Positions 60,601 to 64,000 of a stretch of DNA of 64,000 nucleotides are shown here, piece after piece. Position numbers and translations under genes: made by a program. This stretch comes from Nemertoderma westbladi (taxonomy: Eukaryota > Animalia > Xenacoelomorpha), in assembly GCA_032718475.1 (NCBI GenBank), contig JAUCBJ010006617.1:13647-77646 (forward strand). The letters run 5' to 3'. Below the pieces are notes generated by a model. It worked only from the letters and a program-made list of their open reading frames with translations. It was not told the origin of the DNA and searched no databases. The stretch's first letter is position 1; each line of letters starts with the position of its first letter.

Positions 60601-61656
60601 GTTAGGACTTATTATATGCCACACCATTTTGTTACACACCCAGGTAAACCTGGACAAATAAGAATTGTAAATAACTGCGCAGCACTTTATAAAGGAATGT
60701 CCCTTAATACCGAAATTCTGGCAGGACCTAATAGACTTCAATCACTTCCAGGAATTATTGCTCGATTTCGACAATTCAAAACAGCATTTGCTTCTGATAT
60801 AAAGGCTATGTTCCTACAGGTTCGTGCGACGCAACAGGATCGTGACAGTCTTAGATTCCTGTGGTGGCCCAATGGAGATTTAACCCGTGAGTTAAGAGAA
60901 TACCGCATGACTTGTCAGGCCTTTGGGATTATATCCAGCCCATCCAATTGTGGAGCAGTTTTAGAAGGAACTGCTGAAGACAACAAATCAGATTACACAC
61001 CAGAAGTAATAAAGACAATTAAGGAGGATATTTATATGGATGATTGTATATGTTCCTTACCATCTGAGAAAATAGCGATTGAGACTGCAAAGGGCGTCCA
61101 GGATTGCTTGAAAAAAGGGGGCTTCTCTCTTCTAAAATTCACCAGCAATTCGAAGAACTTTCTACAAGCATTTCCAGAAACAGATAGAGCAAATGTAGAT
61201 CTGGATCTCAATAAGGAACCAATACCAACCACAAAGACTCTAGGATTGCGATGGAATCCGGAAACAGATGAACTCTATTTCACCATAGAGCGACGAAATG
61301 ATGAAAAACGAAGTAAGAGAGTGTGTTTAAGTATACTTAGCTCTAATTTTGATCCGCTTGGATTCGTCAGTCCAGTGGCATTGGTAGCACGTAACTTAGT
61401 GGGCCGCATGTGGGAGGAAGACTATGGTTGGGATGACCCATTACCCCCACACATTTTGAAAGACTGGTGGAAGTGGGAAAAAGAGCTACCATCATTGGAG
61501 AATATTAAAATTCCTAGACCATATTTTGTGGATGCTTCTCTAAATGAGCCTTACCAACTACACGTCTTTAGTGATGCCAGTTCTTTGGGTTTAGGAGTTG
61601 TAGCATATCTCCGAAAGGAAAGAGGTCGATGTGGAAATTACTCTTATGACAAGTAA
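57685..61656 (+). CDS. BEL/Pao Gag capsid, triple Zn knuckle, protease, RT and start of RNase H
   Basis: KFSGKPLSWLAF, EKLNYL, CVRC...CYNC...CAKCHKSHHTMLH, ALLDTGS, SDIKAMF, LRFLW, IYMDD, TLGLRW, FDPLG, HVFSDAS. Confidence 0.92.
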   Translation: MSYSDNCQQIGRTPRENDFPTGNHQSSQHSGIGYLHQEPRSDNHKGNQQRFQTNKSRDEVREVPNSQITQDHVLSQLMERLDGMEQESVLQRDLLGSIQKQVTESRTRCVPTEQSTTPRHNNGVQILTPSPPHNVIGQPPSFSSVTNSNLNTSVLNESFVRIMARSDARESATMGGTVAKFSGKPLSWLAFRNHCLTSISSFPLTQEEKLNYLLQCLEGDPYNLAKGYQGTTNGFDSAWGAICQRFGNERDIAQEMFRHLTKANKVSESGLITFIDELFTIRRQLETLGALAEFDNPITIGQISALLPMSVGRQWSKRLVRLNESKQREPTMDDFLQFLRQQQTIILKERMRVGDVRSNHDASSQSQQRYRKTRSQKACCNSESSDTDNETEVIQQVKTKKAFKSTPSKQKFEPTSFKSTPKTSSNGESKFTVDQFIEKVQQLRLGDSRNSVQNGTSTARPPPKCVRCKKGEHRLWKCPQFAEDNIILRRKFARQNNLCYNCLSNMHKRLLCKSTRNCAKCHKSHHTMLHLDEIPAEEISSRLAEVEQDYDAGEYSSCSDFSTDEFEEEEEIQSQFAYRALVFEASEESSPKSSPNQSREFQVVQILIRGTKEHITVNALLDTGSSATFIDEDLAKRLFDKHYPINLRMSGVMDLWKSKVKTSFVVTTIESASVGDYEPLHNVRLISIPNFARSQPLPYLWNDSALVKRHHVQLADTTIPGVHVLIGQNVHEAFEIIEKIPCSPKPLSDYAARTRLGWFCTGPSRKTLQQRKRSKPAMTICRTLDDVIDMASEAIFEEGSELSGDENATGIRYETPEEAICHLLNISDKTMSFDDAYTARQQDPYNEEIAEILRNRAEIDQALDKAVTRWLDQESIEHNSNSKTLSAEEIRAKEIQDTTRKLLPDGHYEIGLLWRDDEPRLINNRVLAEKRAHQLKQRLLKNPPALEKYRDKMSSYLEDGYAEEIPVDEPTTVRTYYMPHHFVTHPGKPGQIRIVNNCAALYKGMSLNTEILAGPNRLQSLPGIIARFRQFKTAFASDIKAMFLQVRATQQDRDSLRFLWWPNGDLTRELREYRMTCQAFGIISSPSNCGAVLEGTAEDNKSDYTPEVIKTIKEDIYMDDCICSLPSEKIAIETAKGVQDCLKKGGFSLLKFTSNSKNFLQAFPETDRANVDLDLNKEPIPTTKTLGLRWNPETDELYFTIERRNDEKRSKRVCLSILSSNFDPLGFVSPVALVARNLVGRMWEEDYGWDDPLPPHILKDWWKWEKELPSLENIKIPRPYFVDASLNEPYQLHVFSDASSLGLGVVAYLRKERGRCGNYSYDK

Positions 61657-63709
61657 ATCAAAGGTAATTTCGAAATATCTCAAGGATAAGATGCCTCGTG
61701 CTGAGTTACAAGCTGCAGTATATGCGACAGATGTTGCCAATAATGTCTTAGAGTATTTGGACTTTGATCTGACAGTGTTTTACCACACTGATGCGCTTCT
61801 GGTGTTGGAATACTTATCAAATACTAAATGTCAATTCTCTATCTTTGTTTCTAATCGAAGAGAGAAGATTTTGAACACTTCAAAGTTCAATCAGTGGAGA
61901 TATTGTCCAGGAGAGATTAACCCGGCAGATATAGCTTCGAGGGGTGCCACCGCGAAAGAGTTGAACTCAACAATTGAATGGTTTAAAGGCCCATCATTTT
62001 TGCACTTACCACAAAGTAAATGGCCACGACAGCTAACAACTGAAGAACTACGCAAGGGAGCCACGGGAGCGGAAATTAGAAAGAAAGGCAAACCAAGTAA
62101 ATCAAAATTAATTACAGCAACAGAAAAGGTACAAGTTACTGAATCAGATAAAGATAACTCTGACAGAAACCATCTTTCACCATTTTTGGAGAGGGCTTTG
62201 GATCATTACTCCTCATGGGAACATTTTTGCTGGGCTGTTACATACTTAAAACGGTTGTGGATGTGGCACATAAATGACAAATGTCAGTACTTTTGTGGTC
62301 GTGTTACTGTGGGGGAAGTTTCTGTGACAGAGAGAGAAGTTTTAGCTACAGTACAACGTTCTCAACAACCCCAAGATTACGATTTACTAAAGACGAACCC
62401 AAGCATGAAACTCAATGATAGATTGACAACCATTTACCTAGATGGTCTGCTATGTGTTGGAGGCAGACTATCTCATGCACCACTTTCGGCCGCTGCGATA
62501 TTTCCGATCATCATCCGTGACCCTAGAATACAACGGATGCTGATACAGGATATTCATTACAACCTATTTCATATAGGTAGAGAACACATCCTTAGTCAAC
62601 TGCGACGTAAATATTTCTTAGTCCAGCCTAGAAAGGCTCTAAATTTTATTCTCAAAGGATGCATTATGTGTAGAAAACGTTTCAGTAAACCACTCACCCA
62701 ACGAGAAGCTGATTTACCAAAGAATCGTTTAAGTTGCTATGAGCCAGCCTTCACTTATACAGGCGTTGATGTATTTGGACCAATGCTAGTCACACGTGGT
62801 CGCATTACCACAAAACGGTGGGGGTTGATTTGGACTTGCTTAACCTTTCGTGCAATATGTTTGGATCTCCTGAGCAGCCTTAGTACCAATTCATTCATTC
62901 TAGCGATGAGACGGTTTTTTGGGCGATTTGGGACAAGCAAAGGGTTACGATCCGACCAAGGAACTAACTTCATTGGAGCGTCGAAGTTGCTGAAGAAATC
63001 TATAACTGATTGGAATCAAACTCAAGTTGATCATTGTTTACAAGTAAACAAAGTAGAATTTGATCATAACCCGCCTGAGAGTCCCTGGTATGGAGGTGCT
63101 TACGAACGACTTATACGTAGCACAAAAACCGCCTTATTGAGTGTTTTACCAGCGAAAGTTTATGTGTCTGAAGAAGTTTTACGAACTCTATTGATGGAAG
63201 TAGAATGTATAACTAACAGTAGACCACTTACTCCAATAAGTTCAGATCCTCATTCCATGGGTGTACTAACACCAGCTCATTTTCTGATGCAAAGGCCAGC
63301 TGTAATGGTACCAGTATCAATCATCAAAGAAGCAGACGATTATCATAAACAGCAATGGCATTTGACTCAGAAATTAGCTGATTCATTTCGTAGATACTTT
63401 ATAGAACAGTACATACCTTCTAAAACATTAAGAACTAAGTGGTTCAGTGATAGCCGTAATGTAGCAGAAGATGACTACGTCCTTATTGTAGACGAGGGTT
63501 ACCCACGTAAATACTGGCTGACTGGCAGAGTCACCCGTGTGTACCGTAGCACAGATAGCCTCGTAAGATCAGTAGATGTGAAGACACTAAAAGGGAAAGT
63601 ACTGACCCGATCGATTCAACGCCTGTGTTTGTTGGAAATACCTAGAGAGCAGACGGGGAATTATGGTCAGCAATGTCCACCCCAGGTTCTCCAACACCCT
63701 ATTAAATGA
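61631..63709 (+). CDS. BEL/Pao RNase H remainder and integrase, after a frameshift
   Basis: SKSKV, PRAELQAA, NPADIASRG, GGRL, H...H...CIMC, GVDVFGP, SDQGTNF, GGAYER, NSRPL, LTPAHFL. Confidence 0.92.
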   Translation: MEITLMTSKSKVISKYLKDKMPRAELQAAVYATDVANNVLEYLDFDLTVFYHTDALLVLEYLSNTKCQFSIFVSNRREKILNTSKFNQWRYCPGEINPADIASRGATAKELNSTIEWFKGPSFLHLPQSKWPRQLTTEELRKGATGAEIRKKGKPSKSKLITATEKVQVTESDKDNSDRNHLSPFLERALDHYSSWEHFCWAVTYLKRLWMWHINDKCQYFCGRVTVGEVSVTEREVLATVQRSQQPQDYDLLKTNPSMKLNDRLTTIYLDGLLCVGGRLSHAPLSAAAIFPIIIRDPRIQRMLIQDIHYNLFHIGREHILSQLRRKYFLVQPRKALNFILKGCIMCRKRFSKPLTQREADLPKNRLSCYEPAFTYTGVDVFGPMLVTRGRITTKRWGLIWTCLTFRAICLDLLSSLSTNSFILAMRRFFGRFGTSKGLRSDQGTNFIGASKLLKKSITDWNQTQVDHCLQVNKVEFDHNPPESPWYGGAYERLIRSTKTALLSVLPAKVYVSEEVLRTLLMEVECITNSRPLTPISSDPHSMGVLTPAHFLMQRPAVMVPVSIIKEADDYHKQQWHLTQKLADSFRRYFIEQYIPSKTLRTKWFSDSRNVAEDDYVLIVDEGYPRKYWLTGRVTRVYRSTDSLVRSVDVKTLKGKVLTRSIQRLCLLEIPREQTGNYGQQCPPQVLQHPIK

Positions 63710-64000
63710 TATTATATTTAAAATCTTTCAGCTTACGAGATCAATAATGTATATATGATTATATATTTCCTTAATTTTCAGGACAGATAACCTGGCATTT
63801 ATCGCCAACATAATTTGTATATTTTTTTAACCATTATTTACTTATTTTCTTCACAGGAAATGAAAATAATTTAAAATGTATTATAAGATTTTTTCTGCGA
63901 TGTTATATCTATTGTTTATTTAATAGGAGTTGACGCTGAATAGATTTGGGAGCGGGAATTACTATCATTTTTATAGTTTGTTTTGTAAACTGGATGAATG

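Larger units (their letters stand above)
45741..63958 (+). mobile_element. BEL/Pao LTR retrotransposon interrupted by the non-autonomous element; candidate 5' LTR about 45741-46144, long leader, PPT about 63948-63958
   Basis: Gag-PR-RT-RH-IN order with BEL motifs. LTR limits are uncertain because no second LTR copy is visible. Confidence 0.8.

Noticed and set aside
61615-61656. Programmed ribosomal frameshift in BEL pol
   Set aside because: It falls inside RNase H, which is normally continuous, and no slippery heptamer is visible. A 1-bp indel or sequencing error is more likely.
63959-64000. 3' LTR of the BEL element
   Set aside because: It follows a PPT-like tract but does not start with TG and does not match the candidate 5' LTR at about 45741; only 42 bp are visible.

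Overview
Eukaryotic (invertebrate metazoan-like) window. About 3.1-9.3 kb holds the last two exons of a conserved USP9X/fat-facets-like deubiquitinase, with a 4.9-kb intron-free terminal exon. The rest is a dense repeat and transposon domain. It contains RTE-like and other LINE fragments, four tandem arrays (66 bp; nested 184/70/63 bp; 57 bp carrying a CTCF-like motif inside a Helitron-like shell; 46 bp), and an apparent nested LTR stack (GalEa-like Copia, Gypsy, BEL/Pao). The most unusual feature is a ~7-kb LTR element present in two recent, inverted copies (21659-28505 minus, 50505-57681 plus), each with an exact 5-bp TSD and near-identical LTRs. It has no pol, no recognisable capsid domain and no tRNA-type PBS. 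It encodes one 1228-aa, mostly low-complexity BEL-Gag-like protein with Zn knuckles, followed by a ~1.5-kb array of short GGYAC/GTRCC hairpins on nearly C-free linkers, with stem covariation. All calls were made by eye; no database searches were run.
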